A stretch of DNA of 63,962 bases, the filler included, from Choristocarpus tenellus KU-1152 (taxonomy: Eukaryota; Protista; Phaeophyceae), in NCBI GenBank assembly GCA_964200185.2. It is 13 parts of 13 records of this genome, joined end to end, with 100 filler letters (N's around TTAATTAATTAA, not from the genome) between each part and the next. Parts side by side here need not be neighbours in the genome. Positions count along the whole stretch, not along the records: positions 48,070 to 50,757 come from CAXNAD020025644.1; positions 50,858 to 58,683 come from CAXNAD020005528.1; positions 58,784 to 61,334 come from CAXNAD020026846.1; positions 61,435 to 63,962 come from CAXNAD020027043.1; 9 more parts are not named here. One strand, written 5' to 3'. Below, piece after piece: positions 50,516 to 62,957 of this stretch. Every line of letters starts with the position of its first letter. Positions within the stretch are counted from its first letter, which is position 1. Below the pieces are notes generated by a model. That model made no database searches, had not been told where the DNA came from, and saw only the letters and a list, made by a program, of their open reading frames with translations. The translations under genes and the position numbers were made by a program.

Positions 50516-51332
50516 CTGATAAGGGGGACATGAACGAAAGGAACATGTAAAGAAAGGTCATCATGATGAACGGAATAGGTAGTGGAATTATGTGCATTTG
50601 TTTTGGCGATTATTTCTTGGGACTTTGCACTCATCCGTAGGATAAAACATGATCGTCTATTCTGTTCCACGTGCGGCTGCAAAGTTCTTGTCGGATGGAC
50701 TGTGCGTGCGTGTGGTTACCTGTCACCGCCGTGGGTAGGTGGGTAAAGTGCTGGGAGNNNNNNNNNNNNNNNNNNNNNNNNNNNNNNNNNNNNNNNNNNN
50801 NTTAATTAATTAANNNNNNNNNNNNNNNNNNNNNNNNNNNNNNNNNNNNNNNNNNNNACATGAAAAAATTGACCCCAAATGGACAGCCGCCACCCCCTCC
50901 CAGATACTTTGAGCCTCACATTACTCTTGTCACATTATACTGTCTTCTGCTCACATTGTGTGTGCTTGCTCACGCAGCATATAAGACAGAGTGACGATTT
51001 CGTGCATGTTTATGGTATTTCAGTACAGCACATAATAGTACCATACATAGGGGTATTGCAAGTCAGATCAGTGACCGTGTCAGTACACACCATACCCTTT
51101 TTGCCCTTTAATATTACAAATGTCAGTATATGCTCCACCCAAATTCCCAACAGAAGCTCTTGGCAACATCTCACATATACTTTTCAACAAGTCTCTCCTT
51201 TTGGGGCTTATTTCTACATGCTTTTGTACAAACAATCATATATGGACTCTATTGTCAGCCTGCACTTGATACCATGACGTTCCTCAACAACCATTAGAGT
51301 GCAGTGTGGATGGAGTAACCCAGTTAGCTCAC

Positions 51333-53095
51333 CTGGCTAACCCCTGCATCAATGTTGGTGAGGAAATTGCCACGAAATGCCAATGTGAAGACCCCCCTTG
51401 TCGCCCTGGGATACGTGAGGGAGGGAAAAATTACATCCTGAACTTGTCACTACCTTCAAAAGTATCAGGGACGAAAAATGTGAACATCCAGCTCAACCAC
51501 TTGTACTTTTTCTTTGAGTGCTGAGCACTGTGCAGTATTTGTGGTATCGTGTATCCTCATTGGACAGCAGTGGGACCATTGCATGCTTACGTGCAGTAGC
51601 TTTGTCCCATATCACATGACATAATGCAGCAAAAGAAATATATCTACAGGCACCTTTCTGTTGAGTTGTACTCCAGTACTACATGGTAGGACTATTGCTG
51701 GAGACTATTTGATGATCCAAAGAGAACAGTGCAGCTCAACGCACTCAATGTTCAACCAGAGTGTTTTTTCTGCAGGGTGTGAAAGATTTGATCTCTCACA
51801 TCAACAAAAGAGTGGATGTCCATGTGTGAGCAATCGGTTAGAATTGAACGATCTATAACAGTGTAAATGTCGTTCAACATTGCGAGGTGGAATTGAAGCA
51901 CGGTCCTAAAGCTCGTGCCTGAAAGAACACTCTAATTGTTAAGTACATTACCTTATGTGGGTATCTAAAACGTACCACTTCATATGACAACAGGTTAAGA
52001 CAAAACCGCATTTCACATGGAGTAATCAAGGTAAGACAGTGCAACCAATATGGATCCTACCTGCAAAAAAAGCTCTGCACCTCTGGTGTGCGGCAAGCAT
52101 CACTATGGCAGCCTGTCCTCAGTCTAAGCGTTGGGTTACCTTCAACCACAACAGTATCCGAAAACCTGTGCAGGGTCAGAGGATAAGTTTGGAAGCTCTG
52201 CGAAAATGTTTCACATGGTGGTGGTTGAATAGAGGGGGAGAGTTCCATCTCTATAATGTGATGTCTCAATGGGAGAAGGGTATATTGAGATAGAGGGAAA
52301 GAAGCACTAAGCTTTCAGCACAATCTCACATCGTGTTTCCTGTCTGAGTCGGAATACATTAATTGAATGGGCGCCGTGCATTACGACAATCCAGCACTTG
52401 GTACTTTCTGAGTGGTACACACCTCACTTCGATAAGAATTTCACTTCCAACGCCATACATCCCATTTGTGTTAGACGATCGCACGTCGATCACGGGGACT
52501 CCCAGCGAAGAGTTAATACCCACCTCGACTGGGGGTACCTGAGGGATTTTGGCTGTCTTGAGTCTTAGTTTGCAGCGCAAGGTAGGAGGAGTGGTAGATA
52601 GAGACACTCGTGAAATACTTGGCTTGAACTAAAGCATTATTTTTGTACTTGAATTGCATGCGAGGAGAGTACTACTTCTTTCAGGATACATCTGGACTGG
52701 CATGGTGCATTCATCTCACTCTTCACCTCAATGGGAAGGTTGACTTCGCAAGCACCGGGGATGTTGATATCTGCTCTTAGCTCCACCTTTACGGGACGAT
52801 CCAAGTGGCCGACTGCCGAAGTGGCAGCAGGACGTGGTCGATATTGCGTGCGCCCATCGCAATTACTCGATTCCTTTTTTTCACCTCGAACCGTAGCGTT
52901 GGATGTTGCACTGCTATTAATAGTACTATTTCTAGATACGCCACTTGCTGCAGCAGTCAGTCCTTGTCCAAGCCAACAAGTACGTCTTATTTTATCTCCC
53001 CTGAATGTGAAGGGCTCCAAGAGGCTAGGTGGCCCTATAAGGACCGCAAACGTTGCCAGACACTTCCCGATGGTTATGCCGCCACGAGACCACAT
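51333..53095 (-). CDS. 5' four exons of a putative large secreted/surface repeat protein (stramenopile Ig-like and EVQ-type modules); continues beyond the contig
   Basis: Exons 53095-52727 (ATG), 52538-52423, 52165-52061 and 51405-51333 join in phase: ...VIDVRSSNTNGMYGVGSEILIEVRFSDTVVVEGNPTLRLRTG...PEVQSFFCRATRGVFTLAFRGNFLTNIDAGVSQ. Hydrophobic N-terminal stretch. Confidence 0.75.
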
Positions 53096-53596
53096 AAGAA
53101 AATCTCCGAATTGCCACCACCTACTACCCCCTCCACCAGTTGAATGAAGACCAGTTGGAGGGCACTTCTTCTGGTGCTGCCTACGAAGGCCAATCAGATC
53201 TCATCGTCACCCCAGCTATTATACCACCTCATATTCAAGGTAGATACGGTCAACGGGATTCGACTGTGCACATTGGTTGGGTGCGCCTACCTGCGTTCTT
53301 GCAAAGTTATTGGGATGCACGAACTGAGAGTGTCGAAAAAAATTGAAATGACAAAAAAAAACATCGTTTCACTGGTTCAAACACCTTGTTCTTTGATCCA
53401 GATTCGCTAAAAGATAGAGGTCAAGAGGTCAGTGCACCTTTAACATTACCTCTACAGAACTAGGCTCTTACAGGAATCTCGAGGACCAGAACGTGGGAGG
53501 ACAATCTACCATAATTTCTGACAATAAAAAGAGAGGAAAACGGAACATAAGTGAAAAGAAATTCATGTATCGCTTTTGAATATTGCTATATGGCAA
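53096..53596. promoter_or_regulatory. Putative bidirectional promoter/5' UTR region (~500 bp)
   Basis: Lies between divergent ATGs at 53095 (-) and 53597 (+); no repeats recognised in it. Confidence 0.5.
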
Positions 53597-54948
53597 ATGA
53601 GATGCCGTGGGGACACGATCCTCATCCTTGGCACAACTCTATTGGAATTAGTAAGTGGAACAGGAATCAGCGAGCATCGCGTGACAAGAGATGTATACGG
53701 TGCCATAGAATCACTATGCCAGGCCCCCACAATTGCAAATAAGACGATATGCCACAGAAGAGGAGAGGAACTATGTAGAGGTGGCTGGGGAAGCTCTCGA
53801 AGTTGCCGAGATCCTGAGGATTGCACAAGGATACTGCGTCAACACATGTCTGGGTACCTCGCCCAGCCTGAAGCCACTTGGCTGCCAACGGAGAAGAGAC
53901 ATTCCTCGTCAGATTCCTTGCTGTCAATCCTGACACCTTTGCATGAAAGCTCGATCACAACCGACGAGGTTGGAGTGGTTGTGAACCTGGTGCCCCCTCC
54001 GCTTGACGACCTGGTACAGGTGATCCTCTATTGAGAGTACATCAAAATCTGGTACTTGACATTATGGAATGCAGTCAAACCAACCGGCATGCTGATCTCT
54101 TGTAACGAGGCAATACTTACACCTTCAAGATATTCTTACTCATCATTTTGACATTCATGAACCAACTCTTGACTTGCCCAGACAGTCATGCTATGCTTAG
54201 AGGTGAATGGCGGGAAATCATGTGAGCCGCAGGTCACACAAAAGGTAAGGAATGCCTCCATTCAGGTTGTGTTCATGTTAGCAGTTCGTCCAGGAAAGTA
54301 TCACTTGAAGGCAAAGCTGACAAACTCCCAAGGGGACAAAATCTTCCTGTCTTCAAAGCTAGTGACATTTTCAGTGGTGGATTGTGCCCCTCGTGGAGAT
54401 GTAGCGCCGAAGGTCTTTGACTGCTTCACATTCTTCAATGAGTTCGACCTCTTAGAGATTCGTCTCCAAGAGCTTTACGAGGTGAGGCTATGTTGTGGGG
54501 GTTTAATGTTGCCCTCCCAAAACCTAGGTTCATGTCAATACAACCTGAACAGGAGAATGTTGTCCGACTAGAGCTTTCTATTTCGTAAGCTATTCCTTGA
54601 GCATATTTTTCCAGGAATAAAATAAGCGCACAACTTACTCATCCTGCCTTCCTTGCATAATAAATGTGTTCCATATTTGAACCACCTTCTTCCAGGTTGT
54701 GGATGCCTTTGTGGTGGTGGAGTCTACTGTAACCTTCCAAGGTGAAACCAAGCCCCTTTACCTACAGGACAACTTGGGGAACCCTCGCTTCTCCCCATTC
54801 AGGGAAAAAATTGTGACAGTCACTGTAGCAGCTGCCATTAATGTTACCAGCGGTGACAAGTGGTCGCAAGAAAGAAGGCAGCGCAATGGACTGCTTCAGG
54901 GGTTAGCTGGTTTGGGAGCTGAGGCATCAGACCTTGTCGTTTTTACAG
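53597..54948 (+). CDS. Glycosyltransferase family 17 (MGAT3/GnT-III-like) protein, first three exons; 3' part not found in this contig
   Basis: Exons 53597-54019, 54182-54481 and 54696-54948 in phase. GT17 motifs KVFDCFTFFNEFDLLEIRLQELYEVVDAFVVVESTVTFQGETKPLY, RFSPFREKI, WSQERRQRN and DLVVFT(D), ending just before the expected DxDEIP. Confidence 0.85.
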
Positions 54949-56323
54949 GTAAATATAAATACTGTCAGTGGTTTGTAGGTCAACCCACACAAATGGGAGC
55001 CGAATTGATGTGTACATAAGAGCTAATCATTACTCTCGCTTTAGTCATGGGGGCAATGTGATTTTCATGTACTTGAACCAAGGTAGGAGGTTGGGATAAT
55101 TCAATACAGACCAAGTCAGATAACTTGTCCTGTACCTTTAATTTACTGGCACAAAGCCTGCTCGAGAAATTCATTCCCTGTGAAACGAGTTGAAACAACA
55201 AAAGTGGCAATGTCTAAGATGCGCCTTGGGTTACCTATCAAGATTCCAGGGTAAAACTCACCCCATCAGTGTGCGGTCACCAAGTCCTCAAAGGCCTGGT
55301 GTGGAGTAGTGATCAATTGAAAGTGAGGAATACCCACTCAAAGCAAGTTGTGACCTTGGCTGCGGACGGTGTGACCATCAACACGGGTGTAGCATCAAGA
55401 GCAATCACAGTTGTGTCAGTCAAAGATTCAGAATTTTCACCGGAGGAGAATTCGAAGGACAGGAATGACAAGTTGGAGGTCAGATATTCAGATAATAGGG
55501 GAAAGAAAGGTTATGACAAGAAGGTGGCAGATGAAGATGGCAGCAGCAAGGATGATGGCTCCAGAGAAACTGCCTCATGTGGCGGATGATGGAGGTTTGA
55601 AGATCCGGACCATTTCATTCTCGACCAAGGAGTTAAGCAGAAGAGTCTACTTTGGATGTACAAATATGTCGGGTGGCCAACATGGATCTAAGAACCGCTG
55701 GCAGTTAGTCTACATGCTTGGTGTGGTCACACTATAGTTCATGATGTTTAACTCTGGGAGCCCATCAACTATTTCAAGTTTTTTTTCCCTGAGGACAAAA
55801 TCAAGGTTACGGTAGAAGCTAAATCGTTTGCATGCACAAGGTAGAGATCTAGTATGTGCCATAGAAATTCGGTGCATATTGAGTGCTCCATGACGCTGGT
55901 TGAGAGCATGGACTGAATACAGTCTGGTTATTAGGCAAAAGGGAAGTGTACCAAGCGGATACAGATTAGAAATAACTTCAGGCTATACCTCACTTAGGAC
56001 TGCTTCAGAACGTCCCCTCAGAAATTCTTGTTGACCTAGTGAATGTGGGGATGAGGAGGTTGGGGATGGAGTGCGGAAAGGTGGGTAGAGGTTGAATCCT
56101 TCCTCCATGCACGGGGTCATAATTGCCATGCTTTGTTTTGTCTGTCCTGGCAGGTGGTTGTTGGTGAGTCAGTATTGGCATGGAGAGGAATTGTATAGCG
56201 ATTTGGGGGAGTCTCTGATGCCTTTGTTATGAAGATTGCAAGGAATCCTAAGGGAGTCTTGGCAGAGATTAAAACTGTGGCTTTTGGGTAGACACATGTC
56301 ACTTATACCATTGTGCTGATGAA

Positions 56324-56583
56324 GAGCCAGGTATCTCAGAGGGTAAAGCCGCGTCCATTTGGAGGCCAAAAGTCAATGTTGCGATTTTGATGCAATTTTG
56401 GCTATCATGTTTGTTAGAAAGTGTCAATATCCTTGTTCCAGACAAACTTTTTCATAATGTATACATTTTACCTACTCCGAAGCATTTTGAAGTAGGAAAA
56501 TGTCATAAAAATATACCTGTGGGAAGCCAAGGCTTAAATGGACAAACAGGGCAAAACTCGTACCCTCTAGGACACTTTCACTC
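56324..56583 (+). mobile_element. MITE family A, complete, TGAA TSD, nested in the piggyBac relic
   Basis: TGAA|GAGCC...CACTTTCACTC|TGAA. Confidence 0.92.
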
Positions 56584-57184
56584 TGAAGTCTAGAGGCTGC
56601 TAGCCCTATTGTAACCATTTCCAGGCTGGACCTGGGCTTATACTGCGCCTCCTTCGACTTCTTCAACAGCAGTCCTTCTATATTGTTGTAGATTCTGCAC
56701 TTGCCTTTGCACAATCTGCAGTTATGCTTAGGGTGAACTGGCATAGCAAAAACTACTCACAAGCATATCCTCAAGGAGTATCAAATGATGTGCCGACCCA
56801 AGAACGTGGTGACACAAGCATTTCCCCAAGGCATCAAACAATGTGCTGACCCAAGAATGTGATGACTGCATCACTCTGAAGGCTAAAGGGCAGTCCAAAG
56901 CAATAGGGACAGGGAATATTGTGGTGGCACAGGTCCTTGTTCATCTCTGGGATGACACTGATGTGTACAACGGCAATGTGAAGGTGAAGCAAAAGTTCTT
57001 TTTGGGCACATGTGGGACTGCAACTGCAGGGAAACCACACGAGACATGGCTCCCCAGGCGCACAGAGGTCATTTCAACTCGAACTTGCTACAAAGAAGTG
57101 AAACTTCCAAGGATGGCGGGCAACTGCTTTTGCAAGAATAGTTTAATTCACATCTACCAATAATCACATTCGTCCCCCATTCGT

Positions 57185-57364
57185 GGTCTAAAAGTGGCTG
57201 GGGGGGGGTGGCCACTGTCCATTTGGGGTCATTTTTTTCATGTTGCGATTTTTGGGTGATTTGGTTGCATACATCGGATGGATAATGTAAATGCACTTTT
57301 CCTGGTTTTGGACCAAATGGACACCCTAGAGTAGATCCCCCCCCCCTCTCAGATACTTTGGGTC
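57185..57364 (+). mobile_element. MITE family B
   Basis: Degenerate left TIR, conserved interior, right TIR CAGATACTTTGGGTC. Confidence 0.87.
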
Positions 57365-58073
57365 ATGATAAGGTATGGTAAATCAAGTGTTGTGAGCATT
57401 GGGCATTTGCCACAATATTGGGTATTTCTGGGACAGATGTCTACCTTGGTTGGGACCAGGGGAAAGGCGAGAAACTAAAAAACCACCACTTCGCTAATGG
57501 TGTTGCATTTTCCTTGCTCCATATGGAATGAAGACCAGGGTAACAGCACATTCATAATCATCACAGGCAGTCCACACCCTAAACCCAGTGATGATGGGAC
57601 TTTGTCCCCCAGTGCCCTTCCAGAGCACCAGGATGTGTCTACAGCTAAGAGTAGGAGCCATGGAGCTGGAAGGAGGAAGCGTACCATGCTGAAGTGCTCT
57701 CTGTGTTGGAAAGGTCTTGGCTTAATTGTGTAAGTTGGCTCTGTTGGAGGTAGAACCACTGTGGTGTGTGGATCAAACGTAGGAAAGCAGGACATAACCA
57801 ATCATTGTGAACTCTGTCAGGGTTAGGAAGTTTTCTGAGTTGGGTTTGAGTACTTTGTCAAGGGCATGAACTGGGGAGACTTGAGTAGGAATTTCTGGGC
57901 CTCCCAGAATGCTTACTTCTCGAGTTGCCTGGGCAGCATGGGACTCATAGAATATGGTTGTGGGTAGGCGGTTCAAGATTGAAGCCGTAGTAAGGTGTAT
58001 CCCTCAGACAGCATTATCCTGCACAATGAGACTGGAGAATAGAAACTGATGTGCACTCTGTGCTTGTGACTGA

Positions 58074-58331
58074 GAGTGAAAGTATCTTAGAGGGTATGAG
58101 TTTTTCCCTGTTTGTCCATTTGGGACTTGGCTTCCCATGGGGGTTTTATGACATCTTCGTACTCCATAATGTTTAGGAGTAGGTAAAACATGTATGTTAT
58201 GAAAAGGCATGTCTGAAACATAGATATTGGTACTTCCTAACAAACCCGATAACCAAAATTACATCCAAATGGCAACATTGGATTTTGACCCCCAAATGGA
58301 CGCGGCCCTAACCTCTAAGATACTTTGACTC
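58074..58331 (-). mobile_element. MITE family A, complete, CTGA TSD
   Basis: CTGA|GAGTGAAAGTATCTTAGAGGGTA...CCTCTAAGATACTTTGACTC|CTGA. Confidence 0.93.
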
Positions 58332-58624
58332 CTGAGCAAGTGGACAAGCATTAACAGAAAACTCTATTAAAAAATGTATACTTTGTATTACATGTATTGG
58401 TTCCTTAGATGAAAACTACTTCAAAATATTATTTTAAAAGTCAATTGAGCCAAAATAAACGTGAGATTCCCAGGTTTTCACCATTTTGCATTTATACCCA
58501 GTTTTTCAATCTTTTGAAATTCACACGTATTTCTATGGATGAAGTTCTAAGTTTGACTTGAGAGTTTTGATTTCTCTATTTTAATCCTTTTCGATACAAA
58601 GTCAGAAAATATCGTATTTGAAAT

Positions 58625-58683
58625 GGCTCAAAGTATCTGGGGGGGGGGGGGGGGGAAACACTCCATTTGGGGTAAATTTTTTT
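58625..58683 (+). mobile_element. MITE family B, partial at contig end
   Basis: GGCTCAAAGTATCTG(n). Other contig-end partials: 8598-8617, 8718-8735, 28577-28616, 34379-34436, 34537-34583, 50858-50915. Confidence 0.8.
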
Positions 58684-61600
58684 NNNNNNNNNNNNNNNNN
58701 NNNNNNNNNNNNNNNNNNNNNNNNNNNTTAATTAATTAANNNNNNNNNNNNNNNNNNNNNNNNNNNNNNNNNNNNNNNNNNNNCACGCGCGTATACTGCT
58801 CGCGCCAGTCAAAGCGCGGGAAGAAATACTCGCGCTACTCGCCTGTAACAGTAGGGAGGGGAACTGACGCTTCAGGTAGGCCCTACATGATGCCATTCCT
58901 TGTGGCGACCTCAACCCATTTACACCTGTACTATGCTATCTGTGGCTACATGGTCCTTACACCAGACCAACATCAAGGTTAAACCTTTGGGGCTGGTTCG
59001 ACAGAAGATTCGAGGGAGGAGACAGAGTGAGTGATGGGATTGCTGAAACCAGCACGTTAGAATCAGGGTAGGAACGGAGGCAGCACAATCATTCGTACTG
59101 CTATAGCCTGTCAGTAGTTGGCATAATAGTAGTTCAGTTTGTAGTACCTATTACCATGGGTCAGGATCATCCCCAACTAATGTGTTGCAAGTGATACCTA
59201 AGGCAAGCATTAATATGGGACAGGAGCTGGGGCAGAGTTGGTAGTAAGGGTACAGCCAGAGCAGGGTGTAGGGTCTTGTGCACCAACTACAAGGTGACCA
59301 TGAGTAAGGGGTTTGGGTGGTTTGGTAGGACCAGAGATGGGTCAAGTGTCTCTGAGTTCAGAAACTGAAGGGGGGTAGAGCCAAGTAAGTCGAGCATTTG
59401 GCGACCCTCAGTTTGAGCATACCGCTACCAGAGCAATAGTAACTCTTCAAGTCAGTTCTGACTCCACCATCTCAGTCCCAAGTGTTTCCCATGTACCTTG
59501 ATTGAGCAGGACATGTTGGGACATGTTTTTTGCCACCACGTATCTCAACAAGTGCCGCATGGGTCGAGGTTTGTAGGGTTGGAGCTTGAACTTCCACTGT
59601 CCCTGAACATATCAGGGTGCCCAGCCCACAGTCTCTTTGGTGGACAACATGGCCACAGGTCTTCATTCTGAATCTGTTTCCGCATTTTTTGGAAGTCACA
59701 ATCTAGGTGTATAATCCGTAGTACTCCCCTCCTACACACACTTTAGAAGATGCAAAGCTAGCTCTTTCACACACTTTTAGCGTTGAGCACAACAAAGCAT
59801 TGTCCTGGATGGCGGTCTTCCGAGAGGAAATTATCACCAGCCTTATCCTGAATGACAGATGATTATATTATATCATCCGCACGGTGTCCATATCTACTAT
59901 TGATTGTATATATAAGAAAGGTATGCAGTTATAACTCACAGCCCAAGACAATAGACGCATGTTACTCATTTTTGCGATATTTTCCATTCTTCTGACATAT
60001 TCATCCATTTATCACTTTCTGTGTCATTATATTCACATCAGTCTGAGATGTCCCAGACCTAAAATATACTTGGACGAAAAGGAAAAGCACTATCACAACA
60101 CTTGAGAAATAGGAAGATATGCAGTACTTGGTTCTACCTAAAAGAATATTACTGTCGAAGGAACTAAGTTAGTAGATAGGAATACGGCCATAATATTGTA
60201 GGTCTTGCTCAAATCGGGGAAAAAAAAGTGTATAGATGGGGTGAATGCTGAGGGCAAGGGGCATCTGATGGTACGAGTGGAACATTAGATTTGATGGATA
60301 GCGCATGGTATGAAACTACTACTGGTGTTGTGAGATTTCGGAATGTGATGGAAATTACACGTCGCTGGGAAAACAGTGATATTTAAAGGTTATACATTAG
60401 CATATATTGGCAGAGAGAGTATGTTAAGACATTTGTGTTGGTACAGGTGATGCTGTTGGGAGCGACACAGACAGGTCTTGAGAACTACAATATTTTCTGC
60501 TAGGATAGCCATGAAGTTTTTGAAGCGTTTGGGTATACAATACATGAAAGGCAAAGACAGCAGAGATACTTGGAGCATTCCCTTCATCGCAGAAACTAAG
60601 AAATATGTATCGCTGCATGTCACGGTGTGGGGCTGGGCTTCCAGGCCTCGCCTTTGATTGGTGTTTATGATACACAAGAAGAAACAACCCAAAATAAGTG
60701 CAAAGACAAATATGGGACCAAGATCAGTCCAAGACCTCTCGAAAAATTCCTCGATTCTAAAAATATTACTTCATTTTCTCTACAATTTTACCAACTACAT
60801 TCATGACAAACAATTCCATAATAGTTCAATATCTGATGTCATACTTGTTGGTTGGTCATTGTTAACTTAGATGTATTATGTGATTGAGATGTTAGAGGTG
60901 AATGGATTGTGATTTAGAAAAGGAAAACAAGAAATACATGAGGGAGAAGTCAACTCTTCATCTTGCTGGAAGCACAACATGGAACTTCTAGATCAACACT
61001 CAGACATTTTTTAAATAGCTGTAGTCATATAGAGACAAATATATTCTGTAATATTTATAATGGTCACACCTAACTTTAGAATTAAGGTTATGGATTTGCC
61101 TTATACTAATAAATGTGAAGAGGATTTTCAGATGAATCAAATGTCTATGGTTGTTTACTTTTTAGAAGTCTTTTTCTTGAACAAAAGGTGATACCTGATT
61201 TTGTGCCAAATATTATGAACCAAATCGGAAAATATTCTATTTTGTACCAATTTTTCGACATGCTCAAAAAATAGGCTTTTGTACCGGAATTCTTGTATTC
61301 GGGCGATTTGGCACAAAATCCCAGAGATATTCACNNNNNNNNNNNNNNNNNNNNNNNNNNNNNNNNNNNNNNNNNNNNTTAATTAATTAANNNNNNNNNN
61401 NNNNNNNNNNNNNNNNNNNNNNNNNNNNNNNNNNTTTTTTTTTTTGTTGGGGAGGTAGTGGGGGGGTGGGGGGGGCTGGGTGGTTCCTCCCCTCTTTGTT
61501 TTTTTGGGGTGGGGGGGGGGGGGGGGGGGGGGGGGGAGGGGAGAGAACGGGAGGACAGGTGGAAATACCTGAGTTGATGCCTGCTGTTGTGTGCATGAGA

Positions 61601-62957
61601 GGGTTGATGCTTTATAGGGGGTGGAAGTATTGTGTCCATGTTGCCGTATATTGGTTGATGGTGCTAATGATACTGATTGTCTTCGGGCTGGTAGTTGTCC
61701 ACGGTTGGCAATGAGTCATGCAGCTATACGGTCAAGGAGCAGTAATAAACTGGTGCTAGCACCAGGCATGGTGGTATGCATGCTTGGTGGTTTTGTAGTG
61801 GGTTGGTCTGGCTTTTGTGTTGGATGCACCTTTGTCTGCTTTTGTGCACCTTTGTGGCTTGGTATGTGTGCTTGTTAGCATGGTGGCCACTATGTGACTG
61901 TTTGCTTCTATGTGGGACTTCTTCAGCAGCTGAAGCGAGCCCTACCGGGAATCCCCCTTTCCTGTTGCACCCCCTTCCCCCCCCCCCCCCACCACCTCGG
62001 GAGTTTGGTGGGTCAAGGTAAGATATGAGTTGATTCAGGTTATCTGAGTTTTCTTGATTGCATAGTTACAGAAATCAAGAGAAATATTCAGTTTGTGAAA
62101 AAATATATACAAAGCAAAATAAAAGTACAAAGATTAAAAAATCTACTAGGCATAATACTAAGGTCATGTAGTAGGTCCTTGCTGTCCTTCCTATGATAAG
62201 CATATTTTTTTCAATTGTGATGCATGGATGTGTTGAACATTCTCTCTTCCCACACCACTACCCTTGACTACTACTGGCTGGCCCCCGTTTTTGACAGTCA
62301 TCATCTTTGACCATGCAACAACCCCGTGGTAGGCAGCTTTTTGCAGTGGCTATAGCCAATGAAAGGCCTTGCTTGGCAGATTTTGCCAAGAGAAGAAATG
62401 GGGAATCACCACCCTACATGCTGCTGATGATTTGACTCGCTTCAGAAAGAGGTTCAACTGGATCATGCTCGCATTAGTTCAGTCGGAGTGGTTGACTTCA
62501 AAGTCTTTTTTGGTTGCTCATCATCGCCCCTTTTCTTTGTGCACCCTAATGAAATTATGACTTGTTCGTTGGGGAGTGTGTCAATGAATAGTTTGTCACT
62601 GTCAGAAGAGAAAAAACTCAAGAGGGAGCCCACTTCAGTGCTGCTGCTGGTGCTTATTTCACTCATGGTGATGAGCCTATGTACAATGAATGGAGTTAGT
62701 TGTGCCAGCCCAACTGTGTCCGACTGGGAGCTGACAGCAACCCCCATGATCAGGTAAGTGTGCCAACTGATATCCTGAGCTCTCAAAGAGTGCAGCCATA
62801 TTTGAGGTGTGCTGCTCCATTGATTGGGTGAGATGTGTGCCCTGAAGTGGTGATAATCCACCAAGTGTTCGCTAATTAATTACAGCATATTGAATACTTA
62901 AGTAAATTTGTACTGAATCTTCTGCATATGCAGTGCACATACATGAGGTCAATGGAT

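Larger units (their letters stand above)
55270..57735 (+). pseudogene. Decayed piggyBac-like transposase, within the presumed GT17 intron
   Basis: Acidic N-terminal region, EPINYFKFFFPED, VVGESVLAWRG...KIARNPKGV.AEIK, VVDSALA, GIAKTTHK, HLWDD and terminal KCSLC. Many stops and frameshifts; ends not defined. Confidence 0.6.

Noticed and set aside
52731-53147. 138-aa plus-strand ORF
   Set aside because: Antisense shadow of exon 1 of the minus-strand gene, which has phase-consistent splicing support.
61435-62021. Poly-Pro/poly-Gly ORFs
   Set aside because: Translations of G/C homopolymers near a contig end.
62340-62864. Overlapping ORFs on both strands with a GTAAG donor-like site at ~62754
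   Set aside because: No recognisable motif and no consistent exon chain; strand cannot be decided.
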